Source of the DNA: a virus
Taxonomy: Duplodnaviria; Caudoviricetes
IMG/VR virus record: IMGVR_UViG_3300046170_000320
Coordinates: 1,934-65,933 of that record
Length of the DNA stretch: 64,000 bases
Direction: 5' to 3' (one strand)
The position numbers were made by a program, and so were the translations under genes. Under the pieces are notes generated by a model. It was not told where the DNA came from and did not search any database. It saw nothing but the letters and a program-made list of their open reading frames with translations. Below are positions 1 through 10,404 of the stretch, piece after piece; position 1 is the first letter of the stretch; each line of letters begins with the position of its first letter.

Positions 1-128
1 TTACCTTTCAAGTAATAAACTCTATCTTTAATTTCCCAACTTGGTTTAGTTGGTTTTGGTGCGGTTTTAACCGCTACTTCTTGAGGTGCAACCTCAACAG
101 TTTCTACTGCTTTAGCTTTTTTAGCCAT
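1..128 (-). CDS. Partial virion-module protein downstream of major capsid gene (runs off window)
   Basis: ATG at 128 with A-rich leader; reads MAKKAKAVETVEVAPQ...WEIKDRVYYLKG, open to the window edge. Confidence 0.6.
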   Translation of the reverse strand, partial: MAKKAKAVETVEVAPQEVAVKTAPKPTKPSWEIKDRVYYLKG

Positions 129-155
129 AATATAATAAAATTAAATAGTTAATAA

Positions 156-200
156 GGGTAACAGTTACCCCCGTTGTTTTAACGAGGGTAAACATTACCT
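156..200 (-). terminator. Imperfect hairpin just after capsid stop (weak terminator or mRNA stabiliser)
   Basis: ggtaa/ttacc, ttaccc/gggtaa and cgtt/aacg arms; weak U-tract. Confidence 0.5.
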
Positions 201-206
201 GTGTAA

Positions 207-1643
207 TTACACTCCTTTGAATAATACAAAGTTGTTAGCAGCTTGTGTTACTAAACATCTTTCAGATAGGAAGTTTACTTCCATAGCATCTAAAGTAGAT
301 GTAAAAGCTCCACCAGCAGAACCAGTCAACCAAGACTTCATGCGACGATCATCAGCTTGTGAAGCTCTGTATCGTACGTGCAAGAAAGGTCTACGGATGT
401 TAGTTCCTAGTACTTGATCGTAAACAGTTGAAGTTCCAGCAGGAATTAAAACACCTTCAATAGAATTCACACCGTCGATAGCTCCACGAGTAGAAGCATC
501 GTTCAAGTATTTCCAGTCTGTTTTATAGAAATCATAAGAACCTCTACGGAAACCGCTGAACCCTAGGTTCAATGCCATTTCTTCTGAGTTTTCAAATAAT
601 CCAAAAGCAGTACCACCAGCAGATCCTCCAGAGATTGCAGCTAACATGTCGTCAAAATCCAAAGCAGTTTGTCTTTGTAAGAATAACATGTTTTCTTCAA
701 TAGCTCCTTGAGTATCTAAGTTTTTCAAGATATCATCGAAAGCATCTAATCCAGCAGCAGCAGTGAAACCAACGTTTACATTACCACGTCCTTCGATAGC
801 AGCGAATAAACCTTCAGTACCTTTTCCTGTTGTAATAGCAGAAGCAGCACCTACTTTTTCACCTTCAATCATAGCCATTTCTAGGTAATCTTCAAAACGT
901 AGTCTTGTTTCAGACTCAGCTTTTAAGTACCATAAATAACCAGAAGCACCATCTTCAGTAGCAACTTCAACCCATCCAATTTGCGCCATATCAGAACCAG
1001 ATACTACGTATTGACTTTTGATGATGATTGGTGAATTAGAATGTTGTGTAAACTGAGGATCAACACTTACGTACTGAGTTCCAGTATTAGCGCCTACAGC
1101 TCCAGCTGAAATTGATCCACCTTTTTGGTACTCAGAACCGTAAACAAATACTTTTAATCCTGTAGCTGTAAAAGCAGCAAGGTTAGCAACAGTATAAGGT
1201 TGTACAGTAAGAACACCAGTTGTAGTGTTAGAATCAGTTACCAAACATTTTTCTTCAAGACCAGTGGCTGGATCTAAAACAACGATAGTAGCTCTAGGAG
1301 ATACAACGTTGAATACATCAGCAGCAGCGCCAGGATTGATGTTAATTGTAAGGTTACTTGGAAGACTACATCCATCATAAGAGATGTGTAATCTATTTTG
1401 CTCAGACCAAATTACTTGATCAGATGACATTGGCATTTCAGCGCCAACCATTCGTAAGAATCCAGATAAAGTTCTGTTTCCATAGCGCTCTACTTCTTGC
1501 TCATAAATCTCTGGTAAATACTGCTGTGCAAAAGTATCTGTATCGCCAGCTGCAGCACCGTCATTAAATTTCAAGTAGTTAGAGTTCAAAAGCTCTTGCT
1601 TTTGACTTGGCACAATAGCGCCAAATTGAGGAGTTAAACTCAT
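207..1643 (-). CDS. Major capsid protein
   Basis: 478 aa; lies after portal and scaffold; strong codon bias; EDYLEMAMIEG...GTEGLFAAIE and C-terminal FLSERCLVTQAANNFVLF fit an HK97-fold capsid protein. Confidence 0.8.
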   Translation of the reverse strand: MSLTPQFGAIVPSQKQELLNSNYLKFNDGAAAGDTDTFAQQYLPEIYEQEVERYGNRTLSGFLRMVGAEMPMSSDQVIWSEQNRLHISYDGCSLPSNLTININPGAAADVFNVVSPRATIVVLDPATGLEEKCLVTDSNTTTGVLTVQPYTVANLAAFTATGLKVFVYGSEYQKGGSISAGAVGANTGTQYVSVDPQFTQHSNSPIIIKSQYVVSGSDMAQIGWVEVATEDGASGYLWYLKAESETRLRFEDYLEMAMIEGEKVGAASAITTGKGTEGLFAAIEGRGNVNVGFTAAAGLDAFDDILKNLDTQGAIEENMLFLQRQTALDFDDMLAAISGGSAGGTAFGLFENSEEMALNLGFSGFRRGSYDFYKTDWKYLNDASTRGAIDGVNSIEGVLIPAGTSTVYDQVLGTNIRRPFLHVRYRASQADDRRMKSWLTGSAGGAFTSTLDAMEVNFLSERCLVTQAANNFVLFKGV

Positions 1644-1658
1644 AATATTAAGTTTTTA

Positions 1659-2869
1659 TTAGTTAAATTTTCTTGTTTTTATTTTTAGCTTTGTAGCGTC
1701 AGCGCCTGAAATAGCTTTAACTTTAAAACCGTTTAAAAACACATCACCTTGAGTAGTCCTAGCTTTAGTGTCACTCAAGTTTTTTGATTTGTTTACAACT
1801 TCTTTTACAGCGTCTGCTTTTCCTTGCTCATAGAAATGAGCGGCAATCTTATCTACGTTTTCAGCAGCATAAATAGCCTTGTGATAACCATTAACGTCTT
1901 GAACATTACCATTTTCGTCTAGGAACTTCCCAACGAGGTTTGTTATATTAGACTGGTTCTCTGCAACTTTATCAACATTTTGAATATTGTACTTATATTT
2001 CTTTTCACCGACATTGATATCAAAACCTTTGAAATCATCGCTAAAAAGCTTTTTTGTATTATTCTTAAACATTTGATGCTGTTGCTCAGCTTGTTCTTGC
2101 TCCTTGTTATATCTATTGAAAAAATCCATAGCTTTTTGTTGTTCCTGAGTAACGCCCGGGTCTCAACTTGATCTCGTCGTAATATTTACTCTTGGTTTCC
2201 TCTAAAAAGCTTTTGGCTTTCGCAACTTCTTCTTTAAACGCAAGTTTCTTTTTGCGTATATCCTTATCTTCGTCGATGTCCTTCATCATAGTCAAAATCT
2301 TCTAACAGAAGCTCGAACGTCTGAATTATCTAAGTAAGGTTTATTCTTTTTATAATACTCTTTCAAAAGAGTTTTATCGTCTACATTACTATAATCAGCA
2401 TTTAGACGAGTATAATCTTCTATTGTCCCACCAGTTTCTTCCATAAAGGCGACTAGCTTTTCAATATTCTCTGGCAATGGTTTGCCTAATACTTTTTCAT
2501 CTCTTATAGCTTCTTTAACTTCTGCTTCAACTTGTTTAACTTCAGCTTCTGTTACTTCTTGGATCGGAGAAAACCCTTCAGTAGTCTCGTTGGACTCTTG
2601 TACAGGTTCTCCCACCTCTGCGCTATCTCCGGATGGTTCTTCCACAGATACCTCCTTTGTTTCTCCGACTTGAATGGCATCTTTCTTCTTTTTTTATTAC
2701 TACTTTTTTAACCTCTGGTTCTAGTTCAATCAAAGGTTCTTTAGGATTAACATTTACTTTAGTTACGTTATCCTCTGTTTGGTTTAATTTTTTAGGTGTT
2801 TTCTTTTTTGTTTTTCAATTTAAACTCACCTTCCTGTTTAACAGGTTCATTTGTTTTTACTTCTGACAT
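1659..2869 (-). CDS. Scaffolding/head assembly protein (split by several indels)
   Basis: Acidic fragments 2292-2645, 2113-2295 and 1659-2129 read on across frame changes from ATG 2869; between portal and capsid. Confidence 0.6.
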
Positions 2870-2901
2870 AATATAATATAATTAAATAATTAAATAACGT
2901 T

Positions 2902-5291
2902 TTACATAAACGCGTTCATACCAGCGTCTGGCTGATTTTCAAAGTCTATTGGTAAGCCATCGTTATTTCTTTGGCTTATCATTTCACTTTGTTGCGTACC
3001 TTCCATTTTTATACGCTTGTCTTTTCTATCTTCTTTTTGTTGTTCTTTTTGAGATTGACCTTGAACTTCAAGTTGTTTCAATTGCATATCGAACTGATGC
3101 TGCATTTGCATTTTTTGTTGATCAAGCTGAGCTTGTATTTGCATTTTTTGAATCTCCATTTGAGTTCTAGCTTGTTCGTATTGAACTTTAGATCCGCTAA
3201 TAGCCTCTTGCTTTTGAACCTTCGTTCATTGCAATTTTCTCATTAGCATCTGCTTGAGACTCGGCTTGAGCTCTAATATTAGCTTGATTATTCTCTTGGT
3301 CTTTCTTAGCTTTAGCCTTACGCTTAACCTTTAATAATTGATTAGCTAATTTAAGATTTTTAATTTGTCTTAAATCTATAGCATCTTCAAGATCAATACC
3401 TCCTTGCTGCAATGCAACTTGTATATTAGCTTCTAACTGAGCTTTTTCTTCATCGTCTGGTTCTAACTCTAAGAAAATACCAAAGTCATGCAGATTTAAA
3501 TTAACAACTTCTTTCAATGTGTTAACATTGTAATTACTAATAGAGTTAGTAAGCGACTCAGCTGTTAATGGAAACTCTAGTGCATCTGCTATTTTAAGAG
3601 CTATGTTTTCTGCAACTCTAAGAGTTAAATAAGATGATGACTGCTTGAATATGTCTAGTAGCAACATTAGATGCGTTAGCGGCCATTTTTTGTAAACCTA
3701 CCAACGTGCTTTTGTCTGGCGTACTACCATCTCTAGCTTCATTAAGACCCGTTACGTCGCGTATCATTTGCAAGTAATACTGGTACGTATTTATAAGACT
3801 TTGTATCTTGCCTTGACCAGAGCTAGAGTTTAATTCTTGAATTGGTACTTTACCTCTGTTTAAGTCGCCGTCTTGAGTTAAGCTTCTACCTACAATAGAA
3901 CCAGTTTGGAAATACATATTTAATGCTTCAGCTGGGTTGTAGTTAGTGCCATTGCCAAGATCTACCTCAGCTAAGCCGTCCATATCTAAATAAACACCAT
4001 CTGGCACTATTCTAGACATTACCTGCTGTAGTTTCAAATGTGTTATTTGAATCATATCAGCAAAGCCAATACATTTGCTAACTAAGCTTTCTATTCTACC
4101 TTTGTACATTCTGGGTGCACATATAGAATAATTCATTTTAACTTTAGTAGTATCAGCATAAGGTCTTGACATGTTTTCAGCAAGTTCCCATTTAAGCATC
4201 GTATCAGTTCCTAATACTTTAGCGCCGCTGTATAAAACCTCTATTGATCTTGATACTCTTTCAAAGTTATCATTTTCAGGTGGGATTAAACGTGTCTGGC
4301 TTTTCAATAGCTTTTAACAGACCTTGATCTGTTTTCTTAATTTTAAATACTTGATTGTGATATGTCTTGTAATCAAAGTATAAAACCTGCACAGTATTTT
4401 CGTCATATCCACCCCAACCAGTTACATATTGTCTGTTACCTGGCATTTGCTGTATACGCTGTAACTCTTTTTCAGATATATTTGGAAACTCTTTTTTAAG
4501 CTCTGGTATTGTAATAGATTTTATCTCACCTACGTAATATATGTCTTCGAAGTTAGGATCTTCTGTATATGAATAAACCATATAAGCTGGGTCTACGTAA
4601 TCAATAGTAATACCGTTAGCTGTGTTAAAGTTTGTTTTAGCAGCGCGATACCACAAACGGCTAAATCCATATTAAGTCTACGCTTTGTAAGCTCATATTT
4701 GTTTTGAGCCATAACAGAAGATATAGCCTCTTCTTCAGCTATCTCTATGCTTTGCTTATATGATAACTGCATATGAAGCTCTAGCTCTTCTTCGCTTTCT
4801 GGTAGTAAATCAGGGTTTGGTACTTGGTATAAGTCAATACCTAGATTTGTTTTTAAATTATCTAAGTATTGTTTAGCTAGCATGTCTTCATATATCTTAG
4901 AAGCATACTCAGTTCTTTTCTTTATAGATTCAGGATCTTGAGCATAAGCTTTAACATCATAAGAATGTGCTGATATACCATTAACAACAATGTCTACAAA
5001 CTTAGATAAAATAGGTACAGGTTTCCAGTCTAAATTAAGATAAGACAAATCACCATTAATAGACAACTCATCTTTATATTTTTGAACAGGCTGCTCACCT
5101 CTAGCGTACAGTCTCAATGTGTTAAAGTTATTCCAATTGGTTAAATAAGCGTTACCGTTGGTTCTACCTGATTTGAACCATTCATACTCAATAGCCATAG
5201 CAACTTGACTGCCGTACTCTATGCTTGCTTTTTCAGCATCACTAACTACTTGACTTGGAAAAGCGCTATTTGAATTAGTATATATATTCAT
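2902..5291 (-). CDS. Portal protein (split into 5 ORFs by indels)
   Basis: Directly after terminase; LRLYARGEQ, KFVDIVVNG, IRDVTGLNEARDG motifs; Gln-rich coiled-coil C-terminus typical of P22-like portals. Confidence 0.8.
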
Positions 5292-7504
5292 TTAACTTAT
5301 TATTTTTGATGTAGTTCCCCTGTTGTCATATCTTTTGATACCTAAATCTACAGGTTTTAAAATTCTTTTATTTACTGGTGAATATCTGTGTTTGTTACAA
5401 GCCATTAAAGCTAGTCCAGAGCTGATAGAAGCATCGTGCTTTGTTCTATTGTTTATATTAAACTTAGCCCAGTCTTCTAATGTTCTTTGAAAATAAACAT
5501 CACCGTAACCTGTTTCTTTTAATCCAACAAAATGCTCTATATAACTTTCTATTGCAGAAGCATGAGCTTGTTTTATATCTTCACTAGAGTTTGGTATACC
5601 ACCTAGTTCTCTTTCTGTCACCGATAACTTGCTGTAAGTTCTATCAGGTCTGTTCATTGCAAATCCCCTATAACCTCTACGTTTAAAATAGTATAGAAGT
5701 CTTGGCTTGTTATTCTCTACTAATATTGGCATACCATAAAATACACATGCCATTAACACATCTTCAAAGAAATATTTCAGCTGTTTGAGGTCTTGCTATA
5801 TATTCTAAAAAGAAATGATTTGCTGGTGCGTCTTCCATTGAAAACTTGGTTAAGCCGTGCAAAGATCCTTTAGAACCTCTTTTATCTACTGTACCTGATA
5901 TATCGTAAGGGTCACATCCAAAAGCACCTATATGCTCGTTACCTGGGTAATTAATGACCATTTTTTTGATATCTTTTATTTTGCAAATGAACTGCTGGCA
6001 CCCAAGTTACTAAAAATCTACCACTGTTATTTGGTACAAATATAACTTTACTGTCTTGCTGACCGTTCTCCCATTGAAAAGAACCTTTTGTTACACTTAT
6101 AGAATTTTTAAGATCTTCATTAAAATCTATTTGCTCGTATATCTTAGTTAGATTAATAAAGACTCTTTTGATTCATCTCTAAAAGCGTGCTTAGTAGTAC
6201 GCGGAAACTGTCTATAAAATTCATTTAAAGCATCTTGATCTTGCTTTCAATCCTTCAACTTCATTGTCCCAATACTCTATTACACCTAAATCTATTTCAT
6301 CACCTTGTGGTCCTTCAACTGGTTTTTTTGGCGTGTCGAAGACAGGTAATCCATAAGAATCAATGTATCCTTCGTAATTCCACTCCATAGGTATAAACAA
6401 GCTATATAATCCAGAGCGAGTTTGTCCATTCGCATTTCGTTGAGTGACGTCCGAGTCATTGTATAATTTTTTAAAGTTATCACCACCTTTGTCTAATGAG
6501 TTACTAGTTGAACCCATCATACACTTACCAATAATTCTAGAACCTAATCTAAGACAAGTTTTTGTTACTCGCCAGTTGTTTAATATATTATTAGGTCTTT
6601 CCCACTTACCACTTTCATCGTGGACTAGTAATCTTAGTTTCTCCCCGTCGTACGAGTTGTCCCCTGTGTTCTTCCAGTCGATCGTGGTGTCGAGACCATC
6701 GAGCTCCCTGAGCGATTCGTTTGTCTCAAGCTTCTTACGGGTATACTTTGTCGCGGGTACTCTGTACGCAAGCTCTGTCTTTGGCCTGTCCATACCGTCC
6801 TGAATTGGTTTGAAAAAGAACGGGTAGTTGACTGATATTGGAACGACCTTGTCTGTAAACATCTTCTTTGCATCAGGGCCAGATTTGGACAATATTCCAA
6901 ACCGTGAATCTGACTGAATTGTTGCAGCGTTAACTGTCTCAGCTGAAGACATAAAGGAGAATCCAGATCGTCTATTCTTAAGATAGCACATTCCGTAACT
7001 ACGCTTGTCTGCTTTACAAGCTTCCCAGAATATAAAGAATAATCTGTTTGCTTCCCTAAAGTCTGGTTGCCCAACATCAATTTTGCTCCACTGCAAGTAC
7101 ATATAGTGAGTACCAGTAAGGTAAGTAGCCACATCCTTATTATAGAACCAAAAGCCTTCTTCCCTGCGGACGAACTCATTATCGATGTAATCATACCATT
7201 TTTCTTTAAAGTCTAGCGGGTATTCCTCCCAATCAAATACAGACTTTATTTTTTTTAATACTTTAGGATATTCCGTATATTCCCATTTGTTAGTTTCAAA
7301 CTTATGTACGTTGTTAGCTTTGGGTAAAGCTATTTTTAAGTTTTGTATCTCGTATATCTCCCCTATTGTACCGTCTTTACTTATTATAACGATATCGTGT
7401 TCTTTGTTGTAACCGTACTCCCATTTCTTATAACGGTTCGTACGTTTTAAAACCTTAGGTTTGATGTGATCTTTTAAGACCTTATATAACGTTTGCTCGT
7501 ACAT
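5292..7504 (-). CDS. terL: Terminase large subunit (split by indels)
   Basis: Walker A-like LKNRRSGFS, Walker B LLVHDESGK, coupling motif GSTSN; nuclease motifs FGCDPYD, LVENNK, HDASISSGLAL. Confidence 0.85.
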
Positions 7505-7782
7505 TATTTCTTAGATCTTCCTTCAGCAAACCCTTTAAAAGTTCTTTCTTCTTTAACTTCTTTAGGTTTGTCGTTTAGCATATTCTCTTCTTCTTCAATG
7601 CGGTTAAGTATTTCAAAGGCATCGAATATAGCTAGCTTTTTAGTTGCTGCTGCGTTTTTAAGTCTGTCAGCTGATATATCATCATCTGAATCAACAATAG
7701 CTTCTTTAGCTACTTTGATTAACTCCTCAACTGCTCGCTGCCCAGCTTGGATTATATTCTTCTTCGTTTCCTTGGTGTTCAT
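7504..7782 (-). CDS. Putative terminase small subunit
   Basis: 92 aa helical protein abutting the terL start; positional inference only. Confidence 0.45.
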   Translation of the reverse strand: MNTKETKKNIIQAGQRAVEELIKVAKEAIVDSDDDISADRLKNAAATKKLAIFDAFEILNRIEEEENMLNDKPKEVKEERTFKGFAEGRSKK

Positions 7783-8334
7783 ACTTAATTACAATATCAT
7801 TAGATTTCATACAGTAAAGTCTCTTTCCTTCAACTAAAAACTCCCACTCACCATTAGGCGTATAGCCAACTAGGTCTCCTGGGTTTATTTCTAGCGCTTC
7901 TAAGGACTTATTACCATATTTTAATATACCAACAAGCTTACGCTCTTTATCAAGCGTTAGAGGAATCATTACTTTTTATAGGTGTTATAAAACATCTGTC
8001 ACCAACAGTGTTCCAACCGTTTTTATTTTTATATAAATAAACCTGGTCAAGGTTGCAAAAATACAAATCATCTTCAAAATATGATCTGCTTTTCTTTTTC
8101 TTACCTTTCATATCATAAAAGGTTCTAAACACGTTTTGGTGTATAACTATTATATCACCCTTTTTAATGCCGGATTTAAAAGCTAGTGGTGTTTCAATAA
8201 CTTCAGCTAAACGGTTTACAAACTTCCAGTTCTCAATTTTAGTATTGATAACTACGTCTTTGCCACCTATTTTAACTGTGTTTTTGTATTTATTCACCAA
8301 CAGGCTTTACGATAAAATCGTACAAGCTTTTCAT
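7727..8334 (-). CDS. GroES-like protein with two tandem domains (frameshifted)
   Basis: ATG 8334 MKSLYDFIVKP; IKKGDIIV in the first half, VGDRCFITPI...INPGDLVGY...EFLVEGKRLYCMKSNDI in the second; both GroES-like. Confidence 0.55.
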
Positions 8335-8562
8335 TAATACTCTAAATCATACTCAACAGATACAGCCATGTTAGAATTAAACTTTCTTCCATGGCAATAC
8401 CTCGTTGTTTTTCTTTATGTGAATATTATAAGATCCATCAGTTTCATTGAACAAAATATAAGCTATTTCGTGACCTCCGTAAACCTGCTGACCTATAGAG
8501 TAGTGCATAGCGTCATTTTTGTAATCAGAACCTATACTGATTTTTCTTATAACTGAATCCAT
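8334..8562 (-). CDS. Small hypothetical protein (indel near 8385)
   Basis: MDSVIRKISIG...WKK continues in another frame as FNSNMAVSVEYDLEY*. Confidence 0.55.
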
Positions 8563-8796
8563 TATGCTTCTTCAGTAATTTCAGTGTATTCACCTGTTTC
8601 AAGATCAATAGAGATCTTACCGTAAGCCTCCTCTAGAACTTTCTTTTCTTTAGCTAAGCTTTCATTTACTTCTGCTACTTTGTGTAATAGAGCATGCTTC
8701 TTGTGTTTCTACAACGCCGATTTCAGATACTAAAGCATCTAACTCTTTTTTAATAGAAGTTACTTTTTCTAGTTCTTCTTGTTTAATTTTTGCCAT
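8562..8796 (-). CDS. Small coiled-coil protein, not in the ORF track (one indel)
   Basis: MAKIKQEELEKV...KHALLHKVAEVNE...YGKISIDLETGEY; follows a class II motif. Confidence 0.55.
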
Positions 8797-8823
8797 TTGA
8801 TTTAATTTAAGTTAATTTATGTT

Positions 8824-8854
8824 TATATAGTTACTCCTCTTCTTCACTATTTAC
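8824..8854 (-). promoter_or_regulatory. Class II promoter-like motif GTAA-N16-GTAACTATATA
   Basis: Same pattern and spacing at 18933, 25736, 34048 and 57921, each upstream of a start codon. Confidence 0.7.
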
Positions 8855-9193
8855 AACAGGCGGTGGCACTTCTGCGTTTCTTGGCCAACCAAAGAAAGAA
8901 TGTGCTGCTTCATCGCCTGGGTAAACCTCATTAGCACCAAAGTCAATTACTTCAGTACTCATAATGTCATAAGCCCAACCATCGTAATATACAGGTGGAG
9001 TTATTTCATGCCCGTCAGGCCCGTAAGTTCCAGGTGTCTTTACGATTTTACCGATGTTAACAACAGCTCTAGTTCCATTGATATACACCATTTGAGTTAC
9101 ACCTTCTTCTGTTACTTCTTCCCAGACGCCTTTGTCTATTAAGGTTTGTTTACCCTCTGCTTCTGTTGTAAAATTTGTTTTATAAATATACAT
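8831..9193 (-). CDS. Hypothetical protein following fibre genes
   Basis: 120 aa ORF contiguous with the fibre operon. Confidence 0.55.
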   Translation of the reverse strand: MYIYKTNFTTEAEGKQTLIDKGVWEEVTEEGVTQMVYINGTRAVVNIGKIVKTPGTYGPDGHEITPPVYYDGWAYDIMSTEVIDFGANEVYPGDEAAHSFFGWPRNAEVPPPVVNSEEEE

Positions 9194-9204
9194 TTTTTAT
9201 ATAA

Positions 9205-10404
9205 TTATGTTGTTAATTGTTGTAGTTCATCGTCTGTAAGAGCTTCGTTGAAAACATAAACGCCTTTTGTTTTGCCGTAAAAAGCATCTGAACCTTGCCC
9301 AGCGTTAAAACTTAATGTGTTTAATCCAATTAATGTAAATGTTTGTGTGTGGGTTTTAGCCTCTTGACCGTCTATCCATAACGCAATATCACCTGATTTA
9401 TATTTTAAAGCAAATTTTGAATAATTTGTAATATCGGTTAATGTCTTGGTGGAATTAACAATATTAGTACCATTAGCATTAATAAATAAATTAATTTGAT
9501 TTGATGTTGTTCTATATCTTAACATAACTCTATTGTCGCTTGTTCCGTCACTTATTGCAATACCTCTAAAGGTTAAGTCATCAGCTAAAGCAGCTATATC
9601 GCAATACAACACTCCTTCTTCTGAATTAAAGTCTTGTGCTGACCCAGAGTTATTACATAATTCTGCGTTTCGAGTTGTAGTAGAGCCATAAGTTGGGATA
9701 TACGAGGTTGCGTAGCTTCCTTGTTCAAGTTGTGCACCGTAGACAAACAAACTATTCGTACCACTTGAAGAACTACCACTTGATGCTGGATATATTCTTA
9801 CATAACTTGCAGCGGTGCTATTTACACTCATTGAAATTCTAAACCAACCATTTCCGTAATTAATAATAGATTTATCTGTTATATCACTACCAACTTCTGT
9901 TTCTATTGTACCATTAACAATATCAAAGTAAACAGTATTATTTGCTGCAAATAATCTTACAAAATTTGAACTATCTTTTTTTACAAAAGCACTAAATGTT
10001 TCATTACCAGTAAACGTTCTTGAAAGCCAAGCGTAACCACCACTTGAATTTTGTGATAATTTAGAACCACCCAAAACATTTGATGGATTAACTAAATCAT
10101 TAACAAAAGTTTTTGTCATAGCTGCACCATTCCAAGTAGTTAGATTACTTGAATAAGGCAAAAGATTAGTACTCTGTGGTTCTAATAAAAAACTAGGGGA
10201 TGTAAGTGAATCTGTGTAATCAATACGTGGTTTGTCGCCTAACACCTCTTCTATTAAGCCTTCTTTATTAACTCTAGTCGCTGCAGAATCTCTATTAAAT
10301 CTAAATGCTAATGTATCATCCGTAGGTTTTATATTATACAAAAAACCCTCTTGATATCCAACTGGAATATTTACTAAACCTGCTTTGTCGTATAAATTTG
10401 CCAT
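9205..10404 (-). CDS. Head-spike/fibre protein with LamG (ConA-like) domain
   Basis: FNRDSAATRVN, PRIDY, LLEPQSTNL, GAQLEQGSYATSYIPT, FNEALTDDEL motifs. Confidence 0.7.
   Translation of the reverse strand: MANLYDKAGLVNIPVGYQEGFLYNIKPTDDTLAFRFNRDSAATRVNKEGLIEEVLGDKPRIDYTDSLTSPSFLLEPQSTNLLPYSSNLTTWNGAAMTKTFVNDLVNPSNVLGGSKLSQNSSGGYAWLSRTFTGNETFSAFVKKDSSNFVRLFAANNTVYFDIVNGTIETEVGSDITDKSIINYGNGWFRISMSVNSTAASYVRIYPASSGSSSSGTNSLFVYGAQLEQGSYATSYIPTYGSTTTRNAELCNNSGSAQDFNSEEGVLYCDIAALADDLTFRGIAISDGTSDNRVMLRYRTTSNQINLFINANGTNIVNSTKTLTDITNYSKFALKYKSGDIALWIDGQEAKTHTQTFTLIGLNTLSFNAGQGSDAFYGKTKGVYVFNEALTDDELQQLTT

Noticed and set aside
1659-8796. Dense frameshifts in scaffold, portal, terL and neighbours (also groEL, sigma, giant protein) as pseudogenes, programmed frameshifts or recoding
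   Set aside because: The breaks are frame changes rather than in-frame stops, hit essential genes, share no slippery motif and cluster near the window start; sequencing indels are the simplest explanation. Polishing would confirm.
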